From Chiloscyllium plagiosum (Eukaryota), in the NCBI RefSeq assembly GCF_004010195.1, contig NC_057713.1, positions 12,906,187 through 12,970,186 of the forward strand: a stretch of 64,000 bases of DNA, in the 5' to 3' direction. This document shows, one piece after another, positions 12,451-26,081 of this stretch. A program made the position numbers and the translations under genes. The notes beneath the pieces were generated by a model. That model had not been told where the DNA came from and did not search any database. It saw only the letters and a list, made by a program, of their open reading frames with translations. Position 1 is the stretch's first letter; each line of letters begins with the position of its first letter.

Positions 12451-12804
12451 AGACTGGCTCTCTCTGCATATGCACGAAATAAAGGGTAATTGACCTGATT
12501 TTTTTCAATTCTTGTTAATTTATTGAGTTGTTGACGAAGCCAAGTTCCAAGCCATCAGAGTATGCGTAGACATAAGCAGCATCTACACACCATGATTTAA
12601 TAACAGAGATTAGACAATCTTGGATTTGTTCTGCAAGCAGCATTGGTTGAGCAGGTTCCATTTTATTCTGGAGATTAGCTTCACTGCCAAGGGCAGCTTG
12701 CTGAGTGCGAGGCGGAGTGTTGCAGCAAGGAAGATCAGGAAAAGCATTGGTGTGATAACATAGCCTTGATTGGCTCTGGTCTGCAAAAGAATTTGGTCTC
12801 AGAC

Positions 12805-13960
12805 CATAAGATATAGGAGTAGAATTAGGTTATTCAGCTCATGGAGTCTTCTCCCCTATTCAATCATATCTGTCCTGTTTCTCAATCCTATTCTCCTGCT
12901 TTCTCCCCCTAACTCTTGATCCCCTTACTAATCAAGAATCTATATATCTGTCTTAAATAAACTCAATGACTTGGCCTCCTCAGCCTTCTGCAGCAACGAG
13001 TTCCACAGATTCATCACTCTTTGGCTAAAAACATTTCTCATCTCAATTTTAAAGGATCACTGTGAGGCTGTGCTCTCCTACTACTGGAAACATCTTCTCT
13101 ATGCCCACTGTATCCAGACCTCTAGTATTCTATAAGTTTTAATGAAATCCCCCTCATCCTTCTAAACTCCTTCAAGTACAGAACAAGTCCTCAACTGTTT
13201 CTCATATGATAAGATCTTCATTCCTGGGATCATTTTTGTGAATCTCCTCTGGACTCCCTCCAAGGCCAGAACATCCTTCATTAGGTTGAGGTCACAAAAT
13301 TGCTCACAATATTCCAAATGCAGTCTGGCAAGAACCGGAGACAACCTCAGCAGTACATCCTGCTCTTTAGCCCTCTTGAAATGAATGCAAACATTGTGCT
13401 TACTTTCCTAACTGCCAACTGAACCTCCATGTTAATCTTGGGAGTCCTAGTTCAGGATTCTGTTAAGTCCCTTTGTGGTATTTTCTCCATTTAGAAAATA
13501 ATGTACACCTCTATTCTTCCTATAAAGTTTCATACATTGTATTCCATCTGCCACTTCTCTGCCTATTCTCCTAGCCTGTTAAAGTCCTTTTGCAGCTTTC
13601 CCACTGCCTCAAAATCGCCTGTCCCTCCACCTGTGTCATCTGCAAACAATGCCGTCAATTCCACATTTATTGTACAATGTGAATAATTGTGGTCCTAACA
13701 CTGAACCTTGTGGAACTCCACTAGGCACTGGCTGCTATTCAGAAAATGTTCCTTCATCCTCACTCTCTGCCTTCTGTAAGTCAGCCAATCCTCTATCCAT
13801 GCTAGTACATTGCCCCGAACACTATGGGCTCTTATCTTATTTAGTAACCTCTGTGCGATACCTTGTCAAAGATCTTCTGGAAATCCAAATAGATTACATC
13901 TACTGTTTGTCCTCTATCTAACTTGCTCATTACATTGCTAAAAATAATTCTATCAGATTT
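12805..13960 (-). mobile_element. CR1 LINE ORF2 3' fragment
   Basis: RLHLEYCEQF..KDVLALEGVQRRFTKMIPGM; GVPQGSVLGP-like and LFADDT-like RT motifs on the minus strand. Confidence 0.85.
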
Positions 13961-14810
13961 GTCTCCTGCAGAGATCTCCTGGAGCTGAGACAACAGACTT
14001 CCATCAAGCATCTTTCTTTATGCCAGGTACGCTCCAACCAGCAAAGATTTCCACAATTCGTTTCATCTCCCGTTTTACTAGGACTCTTTGATGTCACACT
14101 CTGTTAATTGTGATCTTGACATTAAAAGCAGTCAATATCATTCTCACTTCAAGAAATTGAACCATTTTATCCATGTTTGAACCAAAGCTATACAGTGGTC
14201 AGGACCCTGCAGCACTCAAACTGGGCATCAGTGAGCAGATTATTGCAAAACAAGTGCTGTTTGATAGCACTTTCGATGACATCTTTCATCACTTTATTGA
14301 GAGTAGACTGATGGAATGGTCATTGATCTGGATAGATTTGTCCAGTTTTTTTTGTGTAAAGGACATACCTAGACAATTTTCTACATTGCTAGGTAGATGC
14401 TAGTAGTGTAGCAATAATCCTGAAATCTTGTGTTCTATCCTAGTGAGATAGTGGTATTGTCATGAATTATATTATGTATTCATCCAGAGGCCTCGGCCTA
14501 GGCCATGTCAGGAAGTGCAACCCAAGACTAAGGAAATGTTTTACTGAGGAGCAGTGATCCCCTGCTCCAACATGTTTTGGAGACTTGGACAACCTATAGT
14601 AGATACCTGAAAACACTGGCGAATTACCACAGCAACACCCTCATGAAAAAACTTCCGAATCTGGTGGCAAGAAAGGTAATCTAACAGCAGTGTTTTCTCT
14701 GTCTCTCTTTCAGACTATCAATAGTCACTCAAAACGAGCACCAATGGACAGGAAACGCTACTCATATGCCAGACACCAGACTCCTGAAACAGTTGCTTTA
14801 CTCAGACTTT

Positions 14811-15122
14811 GGGCGGCACGGTGGCACAGTGGTTAGCACTGCTGCCTCACAGTGCCAGAGACCTGGGTTCAGTTCCCGCCTCAGGCGACTGACTGTGTGG
14901 AGTTTGCACGTTCTCCCCCTGTCTGCGTGGGTTTCCTCCGGGTGCTCCGGTTTCCTCCCACAGTCCAAAGATGTGCAGGTCAGGTGAATTGGCCATGCTA
15001 AATTGCCCCTAGTATTAGGTAAGGGGTAAGTGTAGGGGTATGGGTGGGTTGCGCTTCGGCGGATCGGTGTGGACTTGTTGGGCCGAAGGGCCTGTTTCCA
15101 CACTGTAATGTAATCTAATCTA
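14811..15122 (+). mobile_element. HE1 V-SINE, full length, inserted in an RTE LINE remnant (~14470-15200)
   Basis: Complete head, V-domain and TAATC tail; the flanks read MPDTRLLKQLLYS|LSHGRK, an RTE motif split by the SINE. Confidence 0.9.
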
Positions 15123-15474
15123 AAACTCAGCCATGGCAGGAAACTTCCAGATAGTCAGCAGTAACACAGGGAATTCCTAAAAAGGATAAATCTCCCCAGT
15201 GATTTATGAATGTCCCCAGCTTGTTACCAAACCTAAATAAAGAAGCATCCTACATCAAATGTGCCAACACTAAGATTTCATTGTGTACATATAGAGGCAA
15301 AGGAGGGAGTCACAAACTTTGCAATAACTTACTTAAGTTGAGTCTTCAACCACCAACAGCCCTGCATGTAGTCAATTCTACAGATCATACACTGGACTGA
15401 GTAAAACCTTTCTACTTTTATATTCTATTCCCTTTGAAATTAAAGGTCAATATTCTATTTGCCTTCCCTATAAG

Positions 15475-16260
15475 GCCATAAGACACAGGAGCAGAAATTA
15501 GGCCAGTCAGCCCATCAAATCTGCTTCACTGTTCAATCATGGCTGATAAGTTTCTCATCCCCATTCTCCACTCTCTCCCTGTAACCCTCGATCCTCTTAA
15601 CAGTCAAGAACCTATCTATCTCAGTCTTAAATATACTCAATGACCTGGCCTCTCAAGCCTTCTGTGGCAATGAATTCCATAGATTCACCACTTTCTGGCT
15701 GAAGAAGTTTCTCCTTATCGCTGTTCTAATAGGTCTTCCCTTTAGTTTAAGGCTATGCCTTCGGGTCCTCATTTCTCACACCAATGGAAACATCTTCCTA
15801 ACATCCACTCTGTCCAGGCCATTCAATATTCTGTATGTTTCAATTAGAACCCCCCCTCATCCTTCTAAGCTCCATTGAATATAAACCCAGAGTCCTTAAA
15901 TGTTTTTCATATGTTAAACTTTTCATTCCTGGGACTATTTTCATGAACCTTCTCTGAACATGGTCCACGTCCAGTACATTGTTCCTGAGATATAGGGCCT
16001 AAAACTGCACACAATATTCCAATGTGTTCTGACCCTCTGAACTTGGATGCTAGCTTTCTGTGAGTCATAGGCGAGAACCCTCAAATTCCTCTGTTCTGAG
16101 CTTTCTGCAGTCTTTTTTCCATTTAAATGACATTGACATCTCTCTTCTTCTTGCCAGAATGCATAACCCCCCCCCCCATTATATCCCATCTGCCATGTCT
16201 TTTTTCCTGCTCATGTAACATGTGCATTTCTGCTACAAAATTTGCATGTCATCCTAACCA
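15475..16260 (-). mobile_element. CR1 LINE 3' fragment
   Basis: CR1 3' tail plus EYCVQF-like remnant. Confidence 0.8.
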
Positions 16261-16529
16261 CTTGCTCTCCTGCCTTTATTTTTAACCATTTTTATGCAAA
16301 GAATTGGCAAGAATGCTATTTGACTCAATGCAGTTATCAACATTAGCTGACAGCAATAACAGGACTATTTCAGAGAAAATATTCTTTATTTTTCAGCACA
16401 TTTCAGTTAGTACTAAAATGCAGTAATATCAACAGACTATCTAAATTCTACTAAATATTTTAAACATTTAAATTAGAATTAAAATAAATTACGAGAAAAT
16501 TTGTCGCTTGGAACGGAATTGGAATAACG

Positions 16530-17250
16530 CTGAAAAAAACAGGTTACCAAAGCCTTTTATTTTGCATCATCAGGCCAAATATAAGAATGCCAAATTTAAA
16601 ATGATCACAATTGATACTGGAGAAAAGAGTGTCGATTAGTTGGAAAGTTAATTCTGATTGATGGAGGTGTTGCCACAAAGAAAACTACAGGCTTCCCAAG
16701 CTTCCAGACATTTAATTAATTTCATCAACTAATGATGAAACTAATCAAATGCTGATTAATTTCATCAACTAATTTTTGGGATGCACAACCTACGTATTTG
16801 GCAATGCATTGGAAATGAAATTCATACAATGTTTCTCAATTGAATGGTACGCTGAATGGCTTTTTGAACTGGCAGCAGGGGGAAATACTACTTGCATAGC
16901 CAGTGAATTGCAGCAGTGTGAAATGATTTGAGTAACCTGTTCATATTTTTGAGATCCTTTGGCTTTCCAGGGTAATTTGAAGTAAAAGGGCACACTTTTC
17001 AGCTCCAAAAGTGGACTTGTTGCATGGTACAGTGAACAAGATAAATGAATTGCGCTTGCAATCATTTGAATTCTGCAAACAAAGGTCATGATCAGGCTGC
17101 ATGCCATTTTGCCCACAAAAAAAATCTAACGTGGCAAGTTACTGCCCCATCAGTCTGCACAGTATATCATCAGTAAAATGACAGCATCATCGCTAGTACT
17201 ATCCAGTTGCAGTAACTCAGTAATAATGTGTTTACACTCATTTTTGGTTG
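16530..17250 (-). mobile_element. Old Penelope-like element fragment (RT-to-GIY-YIG linker)
   Basis: KSVPFYFKLPWKAKGSQKYEQ resembles the PLE linker motif; CCTGATGA terminus on the minus strand near 16570. Confidence 0.5.
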
Positions 17251-17269
17251 CACCAAGGTACTTTGCTCC

Positions 17270-18215
17270 TGACCTCACTACAGCCTTAGTCCAATTATGG
17301 ATAAATATATTGAATTCTCCATTGGCCACAATCACATTAGCACAAAGGATAAGGGTTTTGGCTGTTGGAGGTCAATCATTTGAGTTTCAGGACACTGCTG
17401 CTGGTGTTTCTTCAGGTGGTACGTCAAGTCCAACCACCTTCAGCTGCTTTATCAATGACCTTTCTTCCACCAACAGGTCAGAAATGGGCATGTTCATAGA
17501 TGATTGCACAGCGTTCAGCACCATTCACGACTCCTCAAACACTAAAACTGTCCGTGCCCATATGCAAGAAGAATAGGACAACGTTGGAGCTTCAGTTCAT
17601 ATGTAACAAGTAACATTTACACCACGGAAATGCTAGGTAATCACCATCTCACCTTGACATTCAATAGCATGACTACCATGGACTCCCCTACTTTCAACAT
17701 CCTGAGTTTACCACTGACCCAAATTAAACGAGGCTCGTGTATAAATGCCCGCTTCAAGAACAAGTTCAGAGGAAGGGAATCTTGCTCTAAGTAACTCACC
17801 TCCTGACTCACCAAACTTTGCTCAACATCTACAAAGGCATATCTGAAATGTGATGGAATATGTTCCACTTGCTTAGATGAGTGCAATTCCAGCTACACTG
17901 AAGAAACTTGACATAAGCCAAGTCAAAGCAGCCTGCTTGATTGATACCCTTGATAACATCTTCAACATTCACTCTCTCCATCACTGACAAAATGGCAGCA
18001 GTGCCCACAATCAACAGGATGTACTGTAGCAGCTCATCAAGCTTTCTTTAACAACACACTTTAAACCTGCAATCTCTACCACCTGGGAGGACTAAGGCAG
18101 GAGGTACATAAGAACACTACCACTTGAGTTCCCTTTCAAGTCACATATCATCTGACTTGGAACCATGTAGCTGTTCCTTCAGTCACAATCAAAATCCTGG
18201 AACATCCTAACAGCA
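17270..18215 (+). mobile_element. Decayed CR1/L2-group LINE
   Basis: AGVSSGGTSSPTTFSCFINDL..GMFIDDCT (RT motifs). Confidence 0.8.
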
Positions 18216-18341
18216 TGGTTCAAGATGATTGTTTGAAATTCGGCACTCCTGTGTTTGTCTCGATTATAGATTCACAGACATGTACAACACCGACCAGACC
18301 CTTTGGTCCAATTCATCCAGGCCGACCAGATATTTTAATTT

Positions 18342-18949
18342 CCGCCACCTCCAAACGGACCCCACCACCAGGGATATATTTCCCTCCCCTCCCCTATCAG
18401 CGTTCTGACCACTCCCTCCGTGACTCCCACGTCAGGTCCACACCCCCCACCAACCCAACCTCCACTCCCGGCACCTTCCCCTGCAACCGCAAGAAATGCA
18501 AAACTTGCGCCCACACTTCCCCCGTTACTTCCCTCCAAGGCCCCAAGGGATACTTCCATATCCGGCACAACACCTGCACCTCCACACACATCATCTATTG
18601 CATCCGCTGGACCCGATATGGCCTCCTCTATATTGGGGAGACAGGCCGCCTACTTGGGGAACGGTTCAGAGAACACCTCTGGGACACCTGGACCAACCAA
18701 CCCAACCACCCTGTGGCTCAACACTTCAACTCCCCCTCCCACTCCACCAAGGACATGCAGGTCCTTGGACTCCTCCATTGCCAGTCCATAGCAACACGAC
18801 GGTTGGAGCAAGAGCGCCTCATCTTCTGCATAAGCTGATGGGCACACTTTCCTCATTCCTGAAGAAGGGCTTATGCCCAAAATGTCGATTCTCCTGTTCC
18901 TTGGATGCTGCCTGACCTGCTGCGCTTTTCCAGCAACACATTTTCAGTT
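18342..18949 (+). mobile_element. Penelope-like element 3' part (GIY-YIG) inserted in a CR1 tail
   Basis: CNRKKCKTC..IIYCIRW..LLYIGETGR.L.ERFREH; 15-bp TSD CAGATATTTTAATTT at 18327-18341 and 18950-18964. Confidence 0.9.
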
Positions 18950-20452
18950 CAGATATTTTAATTTAGTCTAGTCCCATTTGCCAGCATTTGGCCCATATCC
19001 CTTTAAACTCTTTCTATTCATGTACCCATCCAGATGCCTTTTAAATGCTGTAATTGTACCAGCTTCCAGCACATCCTCTGGTAACACATTCCATACACAC
19101 ATGACTGTTTGCATGAAAAGGTTGCCAATTAAGCCTCATTCTTGCAAGACAAAAAGCTTTGGAAACATATCAGCCTTTTTGGAAATATGTAAAGTTGTTC
19201 AAACACCAAGCACTGAGTGGTAGAGAAGTTTACAAAAGCAGATTTGCAGAATAATCCTTTCACCCCACTAAGTGGGACCATTGCAAGAGACCTGTCCTGA
19301 CAGAAGGAAATGATCCAGATATGACTGAGGTGGAACTGCTACAAAGTAGCTTTATATTTCATAACCACTTGACTCCAGCCATTTGTGAATTATTGATCAC
19401 AGTGACAATGATTAAAGTTCACATTTATAACTACAAAAATTAATTTTAAAGCGTGTTCAGGATTGAGGTATTAATAGCATGTTTCAGGATCTCAGGTCAA
19501 AGCCCACACCACCTAGATCCCATCTGGATGGGATTTATACAAAAAGATACAGACCCAAATTCCAACTTAAACACACTGATTTAAAAACTTACTTCATAAA
19601 ACTCACTGATCTACAGTTGCAAGACGATGTAAACATAATCCTGAAATACATACACTTCATTTTATTCATAGCCTAAGCCAAAAGGCAAACTCTAATAACT
19701 CCACATTCAAGTATTAGTTCAATGTGTTGTACCAAGTGCAAGACAGTGCGCAAAATTCAAGGGTATATTTTTGTCCATTGCCTCCATCTCCACTTTGATA
19801 ATAATGTTTTAAAATAAATATCAAAGTGATATACCTATATCGATCTGGAGGCTTCATTAGTGAAAAACGTCACAAAATGCAACTTTTCATAAAAACCACA
19901 AATGTGACATCCCACATTTGCAGGCTTGTCTGCTGTTTTTTTTAATTTAGAAATTGAAATGATTTCAATGCTGTTTGATATATTCAATGTCAACTTCGTT
20001 GTTTATAATCTTCTCTCTGAAAAAAGACATGAGTTGCACCTTAAAAAAGACAGGATGCCAGTGACAAAGTGGATCTCCCAAACAGAAGTCCAAGGATGAC
20101 ACAGCAATACGCTACCCATAAATCCTTAGCAGCTGCTGTGGTCATTGGCGACTTAATGTTTCTTTGGACAGACACAATATTCTCCACATTTACCTTGCCT
20201 AGAACGCACTCCACTGGTTTGCAGTCCTGAAAGCAAACATAAATAAGGAATTATGCAGAAAACAAAACACCAAATACAATTCCTGAGTAAAAGTTTATCA
20301 ATTTTTGTTAAAATGGTGTTATGTCTAAATACTGAGTACCAGCCCTGTTTTTGGAAAGATGTCATTAAACTGGAGAGGACTCAGAAAAGATTTACCAGAA
20401 TGTTGCCAGGAATGGAGGGTTGGATTATAAAAATAGGCTGGGACATTTTTCA

Positions 20453-20641
20453 GAGTCGAGAGTGTGTTGCTGGAAAAGCACAGCAGGTCAGGCAGCATCC
20501 GAGGAGCAGGGAACATTCCTGATGAAGGGCTCCGGCCCGAAACGTCGATCTCCTGCTCCTCGGATGCTGCCTGACCTGCTGTGCTTTTCCAGCACCACAC
20601 TCTCGACTCTGATCTCCAGTATCTGCAGACCTCACTTTTTC
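20453..20641. mobile_element. Palindromic PLE-terminus element
   Basis: Inverted arms around a hammerhead; 15-bp TSD CTGGGACATTTTTCA at 20438-20452 and 20642-20656. Confidence 0.9.
20519..20546 (+). ncRNA. Minimal type I hammerhead ribozyme (PLE type), intact core
   Basis: CTGATGA-A-GGGC-TCCG-GCCC-GAAAC-GTC. Confidence 0.75.
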
Positions 20642-20659
20642 CTGGGACATTTTTCACTT

Positions 20660-21505
20660 GAGTCATTGAAATGTACAGCATGGAAACAGACCCTTCGGAA
20701 CAACTCGTCCTTTAATCTAATCCCATTTGCCAGCATTTGGCCCATATCCCTCTAAATCCTTCCTATTCATATAACCATCCAGATGTCTTCTAAAGTTGTA
20801 ATTGTACCAGCCTCCACCAGTTCCTCTGGCAGTTCATTCAATACATGCACCACCCTCTGTGAAAATGTTGCTCTTTAGATCATTTCAAATCTTTCCCTTC
20901 TCACCTTAAACCTATGCCATCTACTTTTGGACTCCCCTACCCTGGGGGAAAGACCTTGACTATTCACACAATCCATGCCCCTTATTTCTAAACTCCAGAA
21001 GCCCCAGGGTCTAGCCAGTCTAGCCTTTCCTCAGAAGGCAAGCTGCTCAATCCAAGTATTAGTCTAATAGACTTTCTCTAAATTGCTTCCAATGTATTAA
21101 TATATTTCCATAAGTATAGTGACCAGAACTGTACACAGTACTCCAGATACGGTCTAATAAAGGCCCTGTATAACGCAAGTATAACCTTCCTACTCTTGCA
21201 TTCAATTCAGCCCCTAGAGGATAGGAGTTGAGGGGTGACCTTATAGAGATTGATAAAATCATGGGGGACTTGGATAAGATAAATAGCCAAGGTCTTTTCC
21301 CTAAGAGAGTGGTTGATGTGGAATGAAGTGCCAGAAGAAGTGGTTGATGCAGGTACAATTACAACGTTTAAAAGACATTTGAATATGTGCATGAATAGGA
21401 AAGGTTTAGAGAGATAACACAGGTAGTTGGGATTAGTTTAGTTTGGGAAACTTGGTCAGCATGGACTAGTTGGACTGAAGGATCTGTTTCTGTGCTGTAT
21501 GACTT
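20660..21505. mobile_element. Cluster of CR1 3' fragments in both orientations
   Basis: Repeated WNELPE/TFKRHL tails on both strands. Confidence 0.8.
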
Positions 21506-22389
21506 TAAGACAAGATATTTTGCATTCCTACATTTTGCAGAAACATAATGCAGTTCCTGGCCACCCACTAGAGGGCACTTGATTTGCTCCAAGGACAATT
21601 TCAGATGTATAATAGTTGGGTCAAAATTGCTATTATTATCTATCTCAAGAAAGAGTCATTTTAAAAGATACAAAACAAAGTCACGATTGTGCTAAAATTT
21701 AACTTTTGAGGATGGTCCTGTCAAGGGATTACTCAGAACATAGAAAACACAGTTTGTTTGATATAATTCACTGATTTATATTCCACATGGGGGAAAGGCC
21801 CAGGGATCAGCTTTATGGTACAATACCCAAGATTGAGGAAGTAGAAGGAAGCTGCAACGGAAATCCAATACACAAGCAATTAAAATACAAGACACCCAAG
21901 CAAATATTTAAACAAATTGCAACTAATATGAGTTAAAGCTGAAATCCAGGAGAGAAGCAGGTGTATTCAAAATATCCTTTAGAATGCTAGTGCCCGATTT
22001 AATTGACAAAATAAACTTTGATTCAAAAATGTTAAAATGTGAAGACACCATTCTTTTGTGCAGCGCAGACTTTGAATATGTCTAGTAATTCAAAACTAGG
22101 AAGCCATAAGTAGAATTGCAAACCAACTGCAACCCGGCCCCATGTGTCCATCTACCACTAACACCAAACTGGGAGATCAACTCTGATTTAATGAAGAGTA
22201 CAGAGGACATGCCAACAGGAGCATCAGTAATACCTAAATATGATGTGCCAACCTGGTGAAACTATGACACAGCAAACGTGCATGCCAAACATCAGAACCA
22301 GTGTATAACAGACAAGGTTAATTGATTTTGTGACCAACAGAGCAAATCAACAGTTCAAAGGAGGTTTACAAAAATGAAATCCAGAATGA

Positions 22390-23650
22390 GTGGATTGTGC
22401 TGAGGATAGGTTGAACAGATTAGGTTCATTTCCATTGGAGTTTAGAAGTCTGAGAGGTGACTGATTGTGGTGAATAAGATCCTGAATAGCCTTGACATGG
22501 AAAGGATGAATTATCCTGTGAGTGACTCCAGAACTAGTAGGCACCATTTCAAAATTAGGGGCTGCATGTTTAGGAAAGAAAGTAGGGGAAACACTTTTTT
22601 TTTCCCCAGAGGGTTGTGTGACTTTGTGGCTCTCTGCCCCAGGAGGGAGTGGAAACACTGAGTTTGAAAAAGAAGATGTTGGATTGCATTAATCAAGGAA
22701 TCAGTTATTGCTAGGGGCCTAGGTTCAATTCTAGCCTTAGGCAACTGACTGTGTGAAGGTTGAACATTCTCCCTGTGTCTGTCTGGATTTCTTCCAGGTT
22801 CACCAGCTTCCTCTTTCAGTCCAAAGATGTGCAGGTTAGTTGGACTGGCTATGCTAATTTACCCCAAGTGTCCAAACTAGGTGGGTTAACCATAGTAAAA
22901 CCCCATTTGGGGTTACAGGAATGGGGTGAGGGATGGGTTTAGGAGAGAAGCTCTTCAGAAGGTCAGTGTAGACTTGATGAGCTGAATCACCTCTTCCTGC
23001 CCTGTAGGGATTCTATGATATTTAATGTATTTAATTCCTCACACAACTTTCCTTTCATCCCTTGATTATTTAGTACTTTCAGATTATTATTTGTGTTCTC
23101 TACCATGAAGATTAATGCAAAATATTTAGCCAATTCCTCTGTCATTGACTTGTTGCCTATTATTTCTCCAGCCTCACTCTTCCAGGGGCCGATATTCACT
23201 TTGGCTTCTCTGTTCATTTCTGTATATTTAAAGAAGCTCTTACTGTCCTCTTCTATGTTACTTGCTATTATTCTTTGGTCATCTTTCATTGGCTTTTAAA
23301 ATTTTCCCAATCCTCCCATTACCACCAATCTTTGCCACAATGTATGTTTTTTTTCTTTCAATTTGATTCTATTATTAACTTCTTCAGTTAACCATGGTTA
23401 GCTTATTCCCTTCTTAGAATCTTTCCTCCTTACTGGGAAATATGTTTGCTGCAATCAATAAACTAATTTCTTAAAGGAGTGCCATAGTTCCTCAAAAATC
23501 TTTCACTAAATTCCTTTCCTACTCCACTCTAGCCAACTGTGCCCTTGTCCCTATGTTATTACCTTACGCAAGTTTAGCACTGTTGCTTCTGACCAATATT
23601 TCTCTCACTCACACTGAATTCTAAATTCTACCAGGTTACAGTCACTGTTC
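22390..23650. mobile_element. CR1 fragments with an HE1 fragment (~22713-23015)
   Basis: CR1 tail (+), HE1 V-domain (+), IASNIEEDSKSFFKY..EELAKYFALIF (-). Confidence 0.75.
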
Positions 23651-24926
23651 CATATGAATACTTGCCCTACAATACCATTTTTGTTTTGTTTTGTAAGTCT
23701 ATGCGCCCCTTTCCAGAACCTTTCTCCCCTTTAATTAGTTCCCAACATCATTGATGCTGGTCTTGAGGCAATCTGAGTCACTTCCTGACACCATCCAAGA
23801 TAAAGCAGCCCACTCGATTGGCACTCCATCGAGTAACTCTCCAGTTTTCCTCTCCAGGACAGAACAATATCGACTTTCCTTCGTTGCTGCTGGGTCAAAA
23901 TCCTGGAGCTCCTTTCCTAACAGCACAGTAGGATATCTACACTACTTGGACTTCGGTGGTTTGTGAAAGCAGATTATACAACGTTCATGAGAGAAATTAG
24001 AAATGGGCAAAACTGCTAGTGTCACCCACATCCTGTGAAATGAGGAAAAAAAATCACTAGTGAAATAAAAGTTGCAATTATGAAATGGCCAGTAGACAGA
24101 AAAACAGCAAGTAGGCTTCTAATATTCTTACAGAATCATACAAGATCAAATCACAAGCTGCTAAAAGGATTTGGGAATGAAATTCATATTCTTTACTATT
24201 TAGTGCTTGAACTAAAACCTGGTTCAACCGTCAACCAAAGGTGGATATTTCCTGCAGGTATTGCAATAATTTTAAGAGAACCAGATCATTACAGTGTCAC
24301 ACTGAGCAGAACAGACTTAGTACTTCTTCTCTTCCTAAAACACAGAGTACTTGCAGATTATTATTAGTGTCCTCTACCATTGAAGAACTCATTGTAACCT
24401 CTTCAGGTGACAAATTGTTAATTTGCCAGGGTTCTTGCTGAGATGAAAGCTGTTACTATTTGAATTTTATGTATGCATCAGTATTGCATGTAGTTAATTG
24501 CGACGTGCTTTATTCATGGCTACTGAATTACTAAGAAATTGATACATGTGGATGTGAACTTGCTAATGAGGATTATAAACTGCAATGCAGGACAGCTCAG
24601 GACTCTGACTTGCAGCCTTGTTGCTACGAACGTTGCCCCAAGATGACCTGCCCCAGGCTTTTTAATAAAGGAGAAATAAGTTGTATTATAATCAAATAGA
24701 GTCCCATCAAACATGCAACACTTAGGGGAAAAAATAGCTGAAAAAAAATCAAAGCGATCAGTATATCAACAAAAAATAACACAGCAAGCTGAAAAACATA
24801 AAAAACTAAGCAAGTCAAGCTATACAAACATTCCACATAACACAATACCATTGGATTGTTAGTCTTCTTAATAAATAAATAAATAGTTACCACTGAGAGA
24901 AGTGCAATATGCAGAAGTGAGAGCTG

Positions 24927-24974
24927 TTAGCTAACAGCAGAGTTTTGAATTATCCATTCAATAGCATCCCACCC
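24927..24974 (-). CDS. PRELID3A: PRELID3A coding exon 6 (C-terminus and stop)
   Basis: ttctgtgttgctctag|GGG TGG GAT GCT ATT GAA TGG ATA ATT CAA AAC TCT GCT GTT AGC TAA = GWDAIEWIIQNSAVS*, matching the short 3A-type end rather than the 3B end. Confidence 0.95.
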   Translation of the reverse strand, partial: GWDAIEWIIQNSAVS

Positions 24975-25479
24975 CTAGAGCAACACAGAAGAGTCATATC
25001 ACACACAGAAGAACAGATGGTTTACAATATTTTCACTATATGATAAAATAAGTTTCTTTAGGATTACTCAGAGAAAAATAATTAAAAGATAAAAAGAACC
25101 TAAATAAATTCTCTGCTAGTCCTTTAAATGTTGTATCTTGGTATTTTTGTGGGCATTTAACATTCATGTTAAACCATAACAATGTTAATTAAATCTGTCA
25201 CAAAATATTACCAAGTAACTTCCTGCAAAAAAAGGGTCGTTGTGTCTCAGTGGTACTGTCTCCAACTATAGACCAGAAACTCCATACTAAAGTCCCACAT
25301 TTACTATCGATCTAACACGTTCAACCAAGTTGATTACCAAAAGAATAACTCCATCTGTTACATACATGGATTCTATAGAAATGAATATCATTACCCAAAT
25401 AACCAATCCAGTTGTAATTGATTAAATTTGTATACAGAGAGACAATGATATCTATTATACCGTAAAGTATTAAACACAA

Positions 25480-25925
25480 ATAGAAAATGTTGGAGGAACT
25501 CAGCAGATCTGGCAGTTTCTATAGAAAGAGAAATAGAGTTAATGTTTCAAAACTAAATCAGAAATCGCTGGAAAAACTCAGCAGGTCAGTCAGGATCTGT
25601 GGAGAGAAAACAAAGTTTATGTTCTAAGTCCAGTGACCTTTCTTCAGAACTGTTAATTTCATCAACCTGTTTGTCACACCTTCAGGACAAGTAAGTCTTT
25701 TACCTGGACCTTCTGGCCCAGAGGGAGGGATTATACCACTCAAATGAATAGTCTGAGTTATTTGATACATTCTTGACAGACCTCATTAACTTTTCCGACA
25801 AAAGTTCATTGGACTTGAAACATTAACTCTGTTTCTCTCCTTACAGATGCTAGAAGACCTGCTACGTTTCTCCAGCACTCTGTTTTCATTTCAAATTTTC
25901 AGCATCCACAGTTCATTGTTTTATT
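25480..25925. mobile_element. Cluster of PLE termini (AACTCTG family) in inverted arrangement
   Basis: Two minus-strand termini and one plus-strand terminus with decayed CTGAAGA..GAAAC cores. Confidence 0.65.
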
Positions 25926-26081
25926 TCCCTGCAAAGTACATTTCATCAGCTAAGCGAGTTTTGAGAAGATTTGTAGCTCAGGTAATTCTAAAAGCTTGAA
26001 GCTTTGAACATTCAGAATTGTTTTTCTCCTTTTTTTAAACATGGGAGACAATGTACTTTATCTGAAAAGGCAAGTTGGTTT

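Noticed and set aside
14811-14885. tRNA gene
   Set aside because: The A/B boxes belong to the HE1 SINE head and continue into the V-domain
18215-18838. 207-aa GIY-YIG ORF as a host nuclease gene
   Set aside because: Truncated Penelope fragment with TSD
20453-20641. DNA-transposon MITE or CRISPR-like repeat interpretation of the palindromes
   Set aside because: Arms are unequal, match PLE termini attached to GIY-YIG fragments elsewhere, and show no regular spacer array
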